In this document: piece after piece, positions 1 to 12,829 of the stretch
Layout: each line of letters starts with the position of its first letter
Numbering within the stretch: position 1 is the stretch's first letter
Source: Trypethelium eluteriae
Lineage: Eukaryota
Direction of reading: 5' to 3'
Length of the DNA stretch: 38,420 nucleotides
Assembly (NCBI GenBank): GCA_051942245.1
Contig: JAVECL010000186.1
Coordinates: 1 to 38,420 of the forward strand
The notes under the pieces: model-generated
What the model saw: the letters and a program-made list of their open reading frames with translations, nothing else
Told to the model about the DNA's origin: nothing
Database searches by the model: none
Translations under genes and position numbers: made by a program

Positions 1-944
1 GTATTAAATATGCCAAATCTAATTTATTTTTTTTAATTATCTTTATTTATTAATATTAAAGTTATACTATAGCTTGTCCTTATCTCATCCCTAAAGCAAT
101 TTTTTGCTCCTCTAGGGTTTTATACAATGCTGTATTTGCACCTAAAGAATGTAATTTTTTTTATTTCCTAATTAATATCTGGGTTATAACTTTATAATTA
201 TAATAATCTAAATATAATATTATACCTAATTAAATTTATAATATTAAGTTGGATTTCTTTAGTGTGCCCTTGTGTAATTATAAAAATAAGTTTTATTTTA
301 GTATCCACCTATTTTTATTTTATAAGTTATAATTTAATAGCTCTGTATAAATTATATAATTTTTTTTTCTCCTTAGTATTAAGTTTAATCTTTTTAGTAA
401 TTATTATTATTATTATGTTTATTAATGCACTATTATTAATTATTGCTTTAACCTGCTGGTTTTTAATCTTAACCTTAATTTTAAACAATCCTATTATTAT
501 TTTGTTAAGGGATGTTATATTACAACTTGCTTATAACCCCTTTATAAAAAGTTATTAATTTTTCCCTCTTCTTCTCTTATCTTCTTAGCGGTTTTATAAC
601 ACTTCTGCTATTCCGGTTTTATATTTTTATAATTTAAGTAATGTTTATAATAATTTAGGTTATTGCATTAATATTTTGTATAATAATCCGCTTGCTTTTA
701 GCAGTATTTAACACACACAGTGTTAATACATTTTAGCCAGTTTATTATCTTACATATAAATGGTTTATAAGGTGGTTTTGGACATAATCCTTATTGGGCT
801 TAGCTCCTTCCCCAAGCTATATTACTGCCCAGTCTGTGGTATGGGTATATTTCCTTTTCTCTGCAGAATTTTTTGTTAAGTAAGTTATAATTACTTTCCT
901 ATTTTTAATAAAATTTACAGTTCTTTATTCCACATATTATAAAG
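1..944 (-). mobile_element. RIP-degraded Ty3/Gypsy internal fragment (gag-pol spacer and protease region), runs off the window
   Basis: Reverse complement aligns with ~3450-4393 of the + strand Gypsy copy, differing mostly by C>T/G>A transitions; cut at 944/945 by an LTR. Confidence 0.88.
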
Positions 945-1438
945 TGTTATGAGCCTATACCTCCTGGTACAAGCACGGCTTGTAGCAGGTACGTAGAAGG
1001 GTCTTAGGAGTTTTTCACGTAGGAGCGGAGTGTCAAGGATCCAATAATGTAAGAAGGGTCACTAAGCTTTGAACAACTTAGTCAAGAATAAGGACTTGTT
1101 CAATTTGGCTTATAATTAACTGTAGGTATAATTTTGGTATAATAATAAAACGCGAGGAAGTCAGTTAAGCTGGTTTCCTCTTATATATATACTTGTAATC
1201 TTCTTAATCACAGCTGTTATCCTTCTGATTAGATCTTTACTAATCTTGGGTTAATTACTACTAATTAGTGTTATAACCCATGTTCTGTGGGTAATCACCC
1301 TAGATCGCTTTATCCTAATCTGTAACTTATTATTACTAATTAATTACATGACCTTTACTTATTACAACCTGTTTATGGAATACTTGCAGCAAGTATAAAG
1401 GAGATGGTGTTTAGCCTTAACACAGCTGAGTTGTAATA
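945..1438 (-). repeat. LTR, type A (~494 bp)
   Basis: Begins TGTTATGAGCC and ends GTTGTAATA (RIPed ...TAACA); inverted match to 7812-8306. Confidence 0.9.
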
Positions 1439-2563
1439 TTACCTCTCCCTTTCTTAATTATTAGCCTAACAGTTATTCTAATGTAGTACATATAGCAGCT
1501 AATAATATGTTTAACTATTATGGCTTCCGCCCGCATTCCTGCTTTTTCCACATTTTATTGTTATTATTTTATTGCTAAACTTTATAAGGCTCCTATTATA
1601 ATACATCCTTGCCGCAACTGCGTGTGTTAAAAATTGGACTGCTGTATTAATCCTAACTCCTAAAGATATCTGGAGTGTGTAAAGAGGAACTGTCCTTACA
1701 ATCTAGCCTTTTTTAAGGTTAATTTTAATAAAATTAACTATGAGATAAATTAGGTTTAGGATAAAATAATAAAATCTATAACTAAGACTGATTATTTATG
1801 GAAGCAATTAGAGTTCCTTTATAAGCATTAATAGTCCTTAGTTTTTAATAAGACTTAAAATATTTTAAACCTTAAGTCTAAGGAAGGAAAACCTAAGGAG
1901 GTTGCTTTGCTTAAGAAGCAAAATCCTTTTTATACTATTCTTAGAATTATGTAGGATATATTATTAAAGGAGTTAACCTTTTTTTTTATTAACTTTTAAC
2001 TTAATTAGATTTTTTTTAATAATATGTTTTTCTTCTTAAGTTTTGATATTATTATATCTTTTCTCTATATTTAGCTAATATAATTTTTATTTCTTAAGTA
2101 TTTTTTAAATTTAGGTATTCTTTCTATTTTATTAAGTATTTTTTATTTTTTTTTTATAAGATCTTTTTTACTTTAAACTTGTGTTCCTTTTTTAACTTAT
2201 AATTAAATATTTCTGCGCATAATATACTTTTATCTGCTAATTTTAATAGGGATAAATAAAATACTGGGTGGACTTAAGTATCCTGCAGAAGGTTTAACTT
2301 ATAATTAACTTTATTTTTTTTTTTTTTAATAATAAATAAACTAACTTTTACTGCATTAAGCTTTTTATAAGGTCTTTTTATTTTTAAATTTTTTATAAGT
2401 AAATATACTTTATCCCCTTTTTTTAATTAAGGTTTATTTACTTTTTTATTACTTTAAATTAAACTTTTATTTTTTTTATTAATATTTTTGGCTATTTTAT
2501 TGTGTACTAATTTTATTATTTTTCCATAATCTTCTCCTAATGCTAATATTATCCTAATAGGTA
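945..2563 (-). mobile_element. 3' fragment of a Ty3/Gypsy element (integrase end, chromodomain region, PPT, 3' LTR) nested in another copy
   Basis: Inverted copy of ~6709-8306; PPT complement TTACCTCTCCCTTT follows the LTR at 1439; homology stops abruptly at ~2563. Confidence 0.88.
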
Positions 2564-5500
2564 GATACTAAAAAGGACTTAAGGATAATATTAAGGATAA
2601 GCTAATGTGCTATAGCGGCTTTATTAATATGTTATAAGAATTTATTAACGCCTTAATTAAATTAAATAATAAACTTTATGCAAGGCGTATAAAAAGGCAA
2701 TCAGCCCCATACATTCCAGTAAGAAGAATAGGAGGAATTACTTAATATTATAATAATAATAAATTAATAAAAGGAGTTTAATACTCTAACCTTATGCAAA
2801 GTAAGAAGGAAAGAAGTGCCTAAATAAAAAGAAAGTGTTATGCTTATAAAAAATTAGGGCATATAATAAGAAACTGCCAATCTAAGAATAAAGTAGATTA
2901 CAGAAAAGAATTTAATATAGCAACCTAAGTCTACTTAGGAGAAAATAAAATTATTATTAATAAACTAATAAGTAATAATAATATTAGGAACTTAGATATT
3001 TTCTAATATTAAATAATTAATAATAAATCTAATGCAGAGGAAGAAAGTGCTTTATGGGAAGAAGTTACTAACCCTGCAAACAGCTAAGAGGACTTATAAG
3101 CACCCACATATGTAATCTAAGGAGAAGAAGCAACTTAGGAGAGACATAAACATTACGTATATTTAATGTCCAATATAAAGGATTACCCAGACTATTAACT
3201 CTTAGGATGATGTTTGTTATAAAAATGTAAGGTTTATAAGGCGTATGTAAGTATAAAACCTGAACTTTTACCAACCATGTGGGATTAAGAGCAAAGAAAT
3301 TTCTGATATTGGAAGGAAGTCCACAGACTCTCACAACATCCCGACCATAATCAGATGATTGGATGGGAGGAATGTTAAGATGATGCGTGTGTAAAGCATT
3401 AATGGGCAAAGGAATAGAATTAAAAAAAGCTATAATACCAGCTCCAACACTTTATAGCATGTGGAACAAGGAATTATGAATTTTATTAAAAATAGGAAAG
3501 TAATTATAGCTTACTTAACAAAAGATTCTGCAGAGAAAAGGAAATATGCCCATACCACGGACCGGGCAGTAGTATAGCTTAGGGAAGGAGCCAAGCCCAA
3601 TAGGGACTATGTCCAAAACCACCCTATAAGCTATCTGTGTGTAAAATAACAGACTGGCTGAGATGTGTTAGCACTGTGTGTATTAAACACTGCTAAGAGC
3701 AAGCGGATTATTGTGCGAAATATTAATGCAATAACCTAAATTGCTATAAATATTGCTTAGATTATAAAAGTATAAAACCAGAATAATAGGAGTGTTATAA
3801 AACCGCCAGAAAGATAAGGGAAGAAGAGGGAAAAATTAACAATTTTTTGTAAAGGGGTTATAAGCAAGTTATAATATAACATCCCCTAGCAAAGCAATAA
3901 TAGGATTGTTTAAGATTAAGGTTAAGATTAAAAACTAATAGGTTAAAGCAATAATTAATAATAGTGTATTAATAAACATAATAGCAGTAATAACCACTGG
4001 AAAGATTGGACTTAACACTAAGGAGAAAAAAAAGCTATACAGTTTATATAAAACTACCAGACTACAACTTGCAGAATAAGGGTAAGTGGATACTAAAATA
4101 AAACTTATTTTTATAATTACGCAAGGGCACACCAAGGAAATCTAACTTAATATTATAAATTTAATTAGGTATAATATTATACTTAGATTATTATGGTTAT
4201 AAAGTTATAACCCGGATATTAATTAAGAAATAGGGGAAATTATGTTTTTTAGGTATAAACATAGCATTGCACGGAACCCTAAAGGAGCAGAGAATTGCTT
4301 TAGGGATAAAATAAGGATAAGTTATGGTGTGGTTTTAATATTAATAAATAAGGATAATTAAGAAGAATAAACTAAATCTGGCGTATTTAATACTTTAATA
4401 AAGGTAGAAGGTTAATTAAGGGATAACGCAGAGCGTAAAAATGCTAAACTTATAATAATACCTCTTAAATACAAAAAGTATTTGCTACTCTTTAAGAAAG
4501 GGAGGGCAGAAAAAGTACTGCCTTCATACTAATTATGGGACTATAAAATAAAATTAGAGCTAAGGAAGTAACCCATTTTTGGACCTTTATATCCCTAGTT
4601 ATAAAGAGAATTAGAGATGCTTTAAAAATAGTTAAGAGAAAACCTTAAGAAGGGATTTATTTAAAAGTCAGAGTTTTTAATAAAATATCCTATACTTTTT
4701 ATTCCTAAAAAGAATAAAAAACTGCAACTATGTATTAATTACTAAAAACTTAATGCTATTATAATTAAGAATAAGTATTTATTACCTAATGCGGCAGAAT
4801 TAAAAAACCGCCTAATTAAAGTAAAGTGGCTTATATTATTAGATTAAAGAAATGCCTATAATTCCATCCGCATAAAGGAAGGTGAGGAATAGAAAATTAT
4901 ATTTAGAACAAGATATGGACTATTCAAATCCTTAATAATGCTATTTGGATTAATAAACACACCTACAACCTATTAAGAATAGATTAATAATGTATTATAA
5001 CCATATCTAGACATCTTTATAATTGTATATTTTAATAATATATTAATCTATTCTAAAATAAAGGAAGAATATGTGCAATATGTAAAGATAGTACTGAAGT
5101 ATTTTTAAAAAAGGAATCTTAAATTATTACCAAAAAAGTATATCTTTTATTAAGAATAAGTAATATTCTTAGAATATGTAATAGGAAAAGATTAGATTTA
5201 AATAAAACTAAAAAAGGTATAATTAATCTTAATATAGCTAAGGCTAATAAATATTAAAGGGGTTTAGAGCTTTTTAGGATTTATAAACTTTAATTAATAA
5301 TTTATCCCTAAATATTTTAAGAAAGTAAAACTACTTATAGACCTTATAAAGGGTAAGCAATTATTTAAATAAAAATAGCTATAAAAAAAAAGCCTTTAAA
5401 GTTATTAAAAAAGAGATTATAAAAGACTTAGAACTGATAATCTGCAACCCAAAACTATTATTAAAGCTTAAGATAAATGCTTTAAATTTTGCAATAAGCG

Positions 5501-8306
5501 CTTGCTTATTATAATAGGTAAATAGGAAGTAAAAACTAATAAGATATTACTTAAGAAAAATAACTTCTGCTAAACTAAATTATAATATTTATAATAAGGA
5601 ATTATTAATAATAATAGCAGTAATAAAGCACTAAAAAGCGTATATAAAAAGGACACCCAAACTAGATGTTTATATTAACTATAAAAATCTGTTAATATTT
5701 ATAATAATAAAACAGTTAAATTAATAATAAGTTAGATAGGCAGAACTCCTTAAATAATATAAATTTATTATATATTACGCGCTAAAAAAAAGAATGGAAA
5801 AGTAGATATATTAAGTTAATAAAAAAACTATTAAGGAAATAAAAAGGTGTATTAAGCAGTATTTAAGAAAAAGAATAATAGCACTCTTAAAAGCATTCCT
5901 TAAAAGTTTAGATTAATTTTTAATATTTTAAAAGATAAAAATAAATAATTCCTTATTATTACTTAAAAGCTATAAATTCTAAATAATAAAGTTAATTATT
6001 ATATTTAAAGATATTATAATAAACTGTGATATGGATATTCTAAAGTTGCATAAATACTTAAGAATATATCTTAAAACTGCATTTTTAATAATATAAAATA
6101 AAAAATCCAAAGTTATGTGGCAAAATATAATTACTGCAAAAGAAATAAGCACAGTACCCAAAGAAAAAAAGGTACTATTTAATTAATCTAAGCACTAGTA
6201 AGGCCTTAGGAGTAGATTATAATAGACTTTATTATAGACTTACTTATATTAAAGCACCCAGTAACCAGAGAAGTTTACACAGCAATTTATGTAATAATAT
6301 GCAGACTAATAAAGTATATAATACTAATTTTATTTAACAAAAAGTATGGGATAAAAAAGACAGCATGGATACTCCTTAAAAGAGTAATATTATACTTTAA
6401 ATTACTTATCTTAATAATATTGGACTGAGATAAAAGGTTTATAGCTAAATTCTTTTAAATACTTATAATAAACTTAGGGATTAGAATTAAGTTATTAATA
6501 GCATATTATAAGGAGACTAATAGATAGACTGAATAGATAAATTAATTACTAAAATAGTTCTTAAGATATTATATTAATAATTTATAAAATAATTAGGTAT
6601 TGTTATTACTTATAGCATAATTGTGTATTAATACTAAAGAATTTAGTATAATAAAGTTCGCGCCTATTTAAGGACTAATAAGATATATATTATTATTAAT
6701 TTAGCTAATACCTATTAGGATAATATTAGCATTAAGAGAAGATTGTAGAAAAATAATAAAATTAATACATAATAAAATAATTAAAAATATTAATAAAAAA
6801 AACAAAAGTTTAATTTAAAATAATAAAAAAGTAAACAAACCTTAACTAAAAAAGGGGGATAAAGTATATTTACTTACAAAAAATTTAAAAATAAAAAGAC
6901 CTTATAAGAAGCTTAGTGCAGTAAAGGTTAGTCTATTTATTATTAAAAAAAAAAAAAAATAAAGTTAATTATAAGTTAAACCTTCCGCAGGATGCTTAAG
7001 TCCACCCAGTGTTTTATTTATCCCTATTAAAATTAGCGGATAAAAGCATATTATATGTAGAAATGTTTAATTATAAGTTAAAAGAGGAACACAAATTTAA
7101 AGTAAAAAAAATACTTAATAAAATAAAAAGGATACCCAAATTTAAAAAATACTTAAGAAATAAAAACCATATTAATTAAGTATAAAAAAAAAATATAATA
7201 ATATTAAAACTTAAAAAGGAAAACATATTATTAAAAAAAATCTAATTAAGTTAAGAATTAATAAAAAAGGAGGTTAATTCCTTTATTAATACATTTTACA
7301 TAATTTTAGGAATAATATAAAAAAGGTTTTACTCCTTAAGTAAAGTAACTTCCTTAGGTTTTCCTTCCTTAAACTTAAGGTTTAAAATATTTTAAGTCTT
7401 ATTAAAAGCTAAGGACTATTAATACTTATAAAGGAACTCTAATTATTTTTATAAATAATCAGTCTTAGTTATGGATTTTATTATTTTATCCCAAACCCAA
7501 TTTATCTTATAATTAATTTTATTAAAGTTAACCTTAAAAAAGGTTAGATTGTAAGGACAGTTCCTCCTTACATACTCCAGACATCTTTAGGAGTTAGGAT
7601 TAATACAGCAGTCTAATTTTTAACGCATATAATTATGGCAAGGATGTATTATAATAAGAGCCTTATAAAGTTTAGCAATAAGACAGTAATAATAAAGTAT
7701 GGAAGAAGCAGGAATGTAGGCAGAAGCCATAATAATTAAACACATTATTAGCTATTATATATACCACACCGGAATAATTATTAGGCCAACAATTAAAAAG
7801 GGGAGAGGTAATATTACAACCCAGCCGTATTAAGGTTAAATATTATCTCCTTTATACTTATTATAAGCATTCTATAAACAGGTTATAATAAGTAAAGGTT
7901 ATGTAACTAATTAATAATAATAAGCCACAGATTAAAATAAAGCAATCTAAAGTAATTACCCATAAATTATAGGTTATCACACTAATTAATAATAATTAAC
8001 CCAAGATTAGTAAAAATCTAATCAGAAGGATAACAGCTATAATCAAAAAGATCATAAGTATATATATGTAGAAGGGAACCAGCTTAACTAACTTCCTCAC
8101 ATTTTATTATTATACCAAAACTATACCTATAGTTAGTTATGAGCCGAATTAAACAAGTCCTTATTTATTACCAAGTTGTTCAAAGCTTAGTAACCCTTCT
8201 TATATCATTGGATCCTTGACACTCCGCTTTTACGTGAAAAACTCTGAGACCACTCTACGTACCTGCTACAAGCTGTGCTTGTACTAGGGGGTATAGGCTC
8301 ATAACA
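2564..8306 (+). mobile_element. 5'-truncated, RIP-inactivated Ty3/Gypsy chromovirus (partial gag, PR, RT, RNase H, IN, chromodomain region, 3' LTR)
   Basis: RIPed motifs in Gypsy order: CCHC knuckle KCYAYKKLGHIIRNC (~2833-2878), RT YFNNILIYS for YLDD (~5026), RNase H INALNFAISACL for TDASDFAIGACL (~5473), integrase IDFIIDL for MDFITGLP (~6222), PPT AAAAGGGGAGAGG (~7796), then LTR. Confidence 0.93.
7812..8306 (+). repeat. 3' LTR, type A (~495 bp)
   Basis: Starts TATTAC (RIPed TGTTAC) right after the PPT; ends GGCTCATAACA. Confidence 0.9.
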
Positions 8307-9728
8307 CCTACACGCTATCCTTTTTGGTTTAATTTTTAATAATCACGCCTTTACCGCACTTAGTCTAACATCTCCTAAAAAGCTAAGTATATTATAGATT
8401 AAGCTAGGTTATAATTAATTGCCTTTATTATTAAAATCTAAAATAGACAACATTTCTATCTTCTGTAGAGTTATAAAGAAATCTAATAGATTTAATGTTT
8501 TTTCCAGTAAGCTAATAATACACTCAGTGCTCTGATTATTTATAATCCGCCTTAGCTAGATTACAGAATTTAAGCAGGTTACTTATTTATGCATCCTCTA
8601 GTATAATACAGGAAAAGCCTTTAATAAGAACAGTTTGTACCTAATTTTCTTACTGCCTTTTTAATATAAACCCCCAATTATAAAAATATTATTACTAATT
8701 ACCGCTAAAGGCAGTGTTAGTAAGGTGTTGCAGAACCTAATAATAGACTATGCCAACACATAAACATTCCAGAAAAACTACCTCTATTAGCATGTTACAG
8801 CAGACACAGCGGCTATTGTTCATAATGTTATGAGCCTATACCCCTGGTACAAGCACAGCTTGTAGCAGGTACGTAGAATGGTCTCAGGGTTTTTCACGTA
8901 GGAGCGGAGTGTCTAGGATCCGAGGGTGTAAGAAGGTCACTAAGCTTGAACAACTTGTAATAAATAAGGACTTGTTTAATTGGCTCATAACTAACTGTGA
9001 GGTACAGTATTGTATGATAATAAAACGCAAGGAGGAACAAACGAAAATGCGCCTGGGGCTGGTTCCTTAAATCTGGAATATAACACTCTAAAACAGAGAA
9101 TTGCTAATAAGAAGGCACGTTTAAAGGCTGCACTGCTAAAGGAAGTTTAAGAACAGTATAAAAGTAAACAGCCAGTTTAAGTTATTAAACATCAGCTTAC
9201 TGGTATTAAAATTAAAAAGGAGCTAAAGACTGTCTTATACTTCTCTAATAATACTCTCTTAAAACAAAGATGGTTAATTAAGATTATAATTTTTAGACCT
9301 CCGCGACCAACATCTAAAGAGGAAGTGGTATATTAGAATAAAGCTATTAATACGGTTATCGCCTATTGTAAAATCCAGGAAAGAGATATATACAGAAGCC
9401 GAAAGCGCTTTAGCAGCTGACCTAAAGATATATTAGTTATAAAGGAATATACTTTATTACAGTCTAAAGTCCTGGAAAGGGCTGAAGAGGTAATATTTCA
9501 GAAAAGGCTAATAATATGCTTTATCTGTTTAGGTAATAAGACATTGCCTTTTAATGTTTATGTTTATTTATATAGCAAGCCTAGAAATCTGAGAAGCACT
9601 TTAAAAGGAAGCATTTATTAAATATACAGGAAGGTGAGAGTTTGGAATGTAAGCTTTATAAGATTCCACTAATCTATAAGATAGAGTTCCAGTGCTATAC
9701 AGTCCAGGTTTATAGAACTATTTTATAA
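8307..9728 (+). pseudogene. RIP-destroyed 3' portion of a DUF3435 tyrosine recombinase with C-terminal C2H2-like finger (Starship captain-like)
   Basis: Manual translation through RIP stops gives GLIFNNHAFTALSLTSP, L*YNTGKAFNKN, a probable intron, LQNLIIDYANT*TFQKNYLY*HVTADTAAIV, AINTVIAYCKIQE, ICFICLGN...HFKRKHL and FQCYTVQVYRT. Reversing C>T/G>A gives the remembered DUF3435 motifs LRYNAGKAF, LMMGHA..TF..YL.R.VT.DT.AIV and AINAV.AYC..EG. Cut on the left by the Gypsy LTR. Confidence 0.8.
8826..9072 (-). repeat. Truncated type-B LTR inside the DUF3435 relic
   Basis: Starts TGTTATGAGCC and matches 30607-~30855 through GCGCCTGG...CCTTAAAT, then breaks off; no terminal CA and no convincing TSD. 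Confidence 0.85.
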
Positions 9729-9945
9729 TATTAAGTTGTATTATTATGGGGATATGTCTCATTAATTTAAACCACCTATAATTAAGTATCTCTGATATAT
9801 ATCTTTCTCAATAACTTTAAATCCAAATACAATTAGTTGACCTGTGATATTTTGAAGCCATGGTTAGGTTTATCAGCTACAGGAGTATTCTATGTGCTGG
9901 AGAATCGGCTACCAGATTTACTATGTGTAGAAAAGGGCTCTTGGA

Positions 9946-9995
9946 TAGGCACATTGTTGTACCCTTTAGGCACATTGTTGTACCCTTTAGGCACA
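9946..9995. repeat. Perfect 21-bp tandem repeat (2.4 copies)
   Basis: TAGGCACATTGTTGTACCCTT twice, followed by TAGGCACA. Confidence 0.9.
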
Positions 9996-11520
9996 AGTAT
10001 GTATAAGTGGTCTGATCTGGTAATAGAGGTGTAGCCTATTTCCGGCTAATTCTGTACCCTAGCTAGGCCCGATCCGGAATCGCGACACCTGCTGCTTTAG
10101 ATGTTTATAAAGACCTGGCTGCCCTCCCTCTCCTGCTCCTCCTTATTCACCTTCTCCTCTTCTTGCCCCAATCGCCCGAACCTAGCCTTGGAGTAGTTGG
10201 CTGTGCCTTCTGTGCCAGCCCCTTTCCCCTTTCCCCCTCTCCCTACTCCCCTTTCCAATGTCACCTGCACAGTCGCCGTAGGCTTGGACTTTAATCCCAG
10301 AATAGGCTGCCTCTACGCGCCGTGAATCCGTCGCCCTCCTCGCCCTCCTCTCGCCCTTGTTAGGGGACTTAATTGCTTATCTCTTCCTAAACTTTGTCTT
10401 TAGAGCCGGTGCTATTAATATAACAGCCTGGTAATAGGCAGTCAGCTCTAAGAATACGGACACCACACTTTTTTATCCCTCCAACTGTAAGCTTCGGCCA
10501 CCTCCGATGGGCCTTTTTCCTGATAGACTCCTTATAATACCGGCATTCAGTTATAACCTCTTGTTATCTTCGCCTCTACTTGTTTCAACTAGCCCAGCCA
10601 GTCACAGCCAGTTTAGGTTTGTTAACACATGAGTAGGTCATGCCGGGCACTCCTCACTACGTCAGCTGTCTCACCGCTGGCTTTATCTAACCCTCTGTCT
10701 GCCCTCTGCCGGCTCTAGAGGCCGTGTATACACCAATTAAAACAGGCTGTTATAAAACAATGAGCGCCGCAGCTCAATCGCAGACCGGTGGAGTTTAGGT
10801 AGAACACATTTTGATAGGGTCTTTTCCAGCTTAGCTGCCAACAGGATAATGCCAGAGCACACTAGTGCGATACTCAGAGGGGGTGCTATGGGGCTGTGAA
10901 TAGCAGCTGGCGGTGGAACTGTGAAAATCCAACGCGGCACCTAATCAACTGATACAGGCGCCGTCTCTGGGAAAGGATAGCTTTCGGATATCAAAACAGC
11001 AGAGGCTACAACAGAAGCCAGGCGGCGGTACAACTCCATTAACAGCACTGCTGCAGTGTGCCAGGCGGCCTGGTGAGAGGCTGGCTGCTGCAGTTATACA
11101 ACATGTAGGGGCCGATCGACAACATCGCCTGCTTTCCTAAAAAGCTTAGGCGCATTTCGGTGCGAGGATCCAGATAAGCCGCTTTATGCAACTCTCTGAT
11201 ATTAGTCAAATTAAGCCCCCACTCCCTGTCCTCCTGGATGCCGTCCAGCGATGCTGCTTTGCCCGGGCGCTCATGCAGCGATTCAGCGAGCGACGGGTTC
11301 ATACGCAGCTGGAGGAAGCTCTTTCCAATGGAGACGCCTTCCGAGGGCCAATTGGATCTCCTACTTCTTCCGAGAACGAGATAAATCCAGACACCACCTC
11401 TGATGATGTTATGTGAGCATCTGAATCGGAGGAGAAAAGGAACTCAATTGTCTCTCTAGAAATCAGGCGTAGGAGCCTCTATATATAGGTTTCGTGCAAT
11501 TACTACTACTGCTTCGGATC

Positions 11521-11623
11521 CCGTGATATGTCAGTTCATCGTCATCCTATCTTTGGATTCCGTGATATGTCAGTTCGTCATCATTGTGATGCGGCAGTTG
11601 GTTGCCATCGTGATGCGGCAGTT
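11521..11623. repeat. Four spaced copies of a GTGAT(AT/GC)G(T/G)CAGTT motif
   Basis: CCGTGATATGTCAGTTC at 11521 and 11560; GTGATGCGGCAGTT at 11586 and 11610. Confidence 0.75.
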
Positions 11624-11743
11624 TGTCGTCCTAGCTCAGTGAACAACATCAACCTCGTATAGTCAAAAACACTGAAGAAACTGGAACAGGAACTTGATTC
11701 GATGTGCATCTATGTCAGTCCAATCCATCCCATAGAGGGAGCA

Positions 11744-12829
11744 TCAAGCGTAGACAGTTGGGAGGCGGTCATCCTTTCTTAGTAGCAACATTTTAGACCC
11801 CTTGTGGCTAGAAGAGGAGATGCGTATTGCGAATTGGAGGAAATCGAAAAATTCCAGTTCATCTCGTACAGATATCCGGCCTGGAGCTGTTGAGGGTTCA
11901 GACTTGGAACTAGCATCTGAGCTGTGGGTCGAACGTCGGCCGTACTCGGCAGCCCCCAGTAGAGAAGCGGGCATGCCAAGCGAACGACGGTATCGCACAA
12001 TTTCCATTAAGGAGTTCAAGCGAGCTTGACCCTCAGCATGGTAAGGCTCCTCTGTAGCTAAGGGTAGCGCTGCAAGGACCGTGAAGAAATCCAAAGGATA
12101 ATTGTCAAGACTGTGATAAAGATTCTGCACGCCATATGCATGCATTGATGAAAACTTTCTGGCGGCTAGATCGTCTATTGACGACCTGAGGAGGTTTTCA
12201 CTTTCGCCATTAGCCTCAGAATGCGCCTTTGCCAACACATTTCGAGCGTCATAGATGACTCCCCAAGCAGGAGACTTTGCTGCTTTAACCGCTCTCTGAG
12301 CGCACACATTAAAATACGCCGTGCCATCTATGATGGCTACGTTGCATTCAAGACTTGAGCAGTTGTCAACGCAAGATTGTCGCTCTTCACTCGTTTCAAC
12401 GAAATTGCCCAGGATGGTCAACTCTCGGGCGCCACATTCAATCATCCACAGCACCAAAGACAGATCAATCGTGTTCGCATCGGTTACCAGCAGGTAGGCG
12501 AATTCAGGATGGAAATAAATCTCTGGTAGCTTCGTTTTCGCTTCAAGATCTGCGTTGCCTCCATCGACGCGGACTAGGAGCCGACTGTTCTGGGGGATCG
12601 AGGAATAGAGCTTGAAACCCGCGTCTATATCCTTGGCTTCATTGGCTTGGCATGCACCTATTCCAGCAAAGAACGATTTTTCGGCTTGTGTATCACGAAT
12701 ATGTTGGTAGCATTGATAAGGAACTTCGGTTTGCCCCCGAAACTCGATGGCTGTATGGGCGCGTCGATAACGCTTAACAAAGGACAGGAATCTGATCCGT
12801 CGATGGGCTCGAATAGCGCTGCAGATGCC
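11744..12829 (-). CDS. Stand-alone, degenerate polyketide-synthase ER-end plus ketoreductase (KR)-like protein; 5' end unresolved, possibly a pseudogene
   Basis: Frame is open from 12829 to 11744 (~361 codons), preceded by TTTTGTAG (stop or intron acceptor). FHPEFAYLLV...LVLWMIECGARELTIL, WGVIYDA..VL, GVQNLYHSLDNYPLDFF, EGQA and RYRRSLGMPAS track the HR-PKS KR consensus in order. Confidence 0.65.
   Translation of the reverse strand, partial: GICSAIRAHRRIRFLSFVKRYRRAHTAIEFRGQTEVPYQCYQHIRDTQAEKSFFAGIGACQANEAKDIDAGFKLYSSIPQNSRLLVRVDGGNADLEAKTKLPEIYFHPEFAYLLVTDANTIDLSLVLWMIECGARELTILGNFVETSEERQSCVDNCSSLECNVAIIDGTAYFNVCAQRAVKAAKSPAWGVIYDARNVLAKAHSEANGESENLLRSSIDDLAARKFSSMHAYGVQNLYHSLDNYPLDFFTVLAALPLATEEPYHAEGQARLNSLMEIVRYRRSLGMPASLLGAAEYGRRSTHSSDASSKSEPSTAPGRISVRDELEFFDFLQFAIRISSSSHKGSKMLLLRKDDRLPTVYA

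Noticed and set aside
262..6161. Ile/Leu/Phe-rich ORFs at 262, 3068, 3935 and 5979
   Set aside because: Antisense by-products of RIPed Gypsy sequence; the hydrophobicity reflects AT bias.
10040..11416. Possible gene ending in the 76-aa ORF 11186-11416
   Set aside because: The upstream part is partly RIPed with stops, and no domain or consistent exon structure could be recognised.
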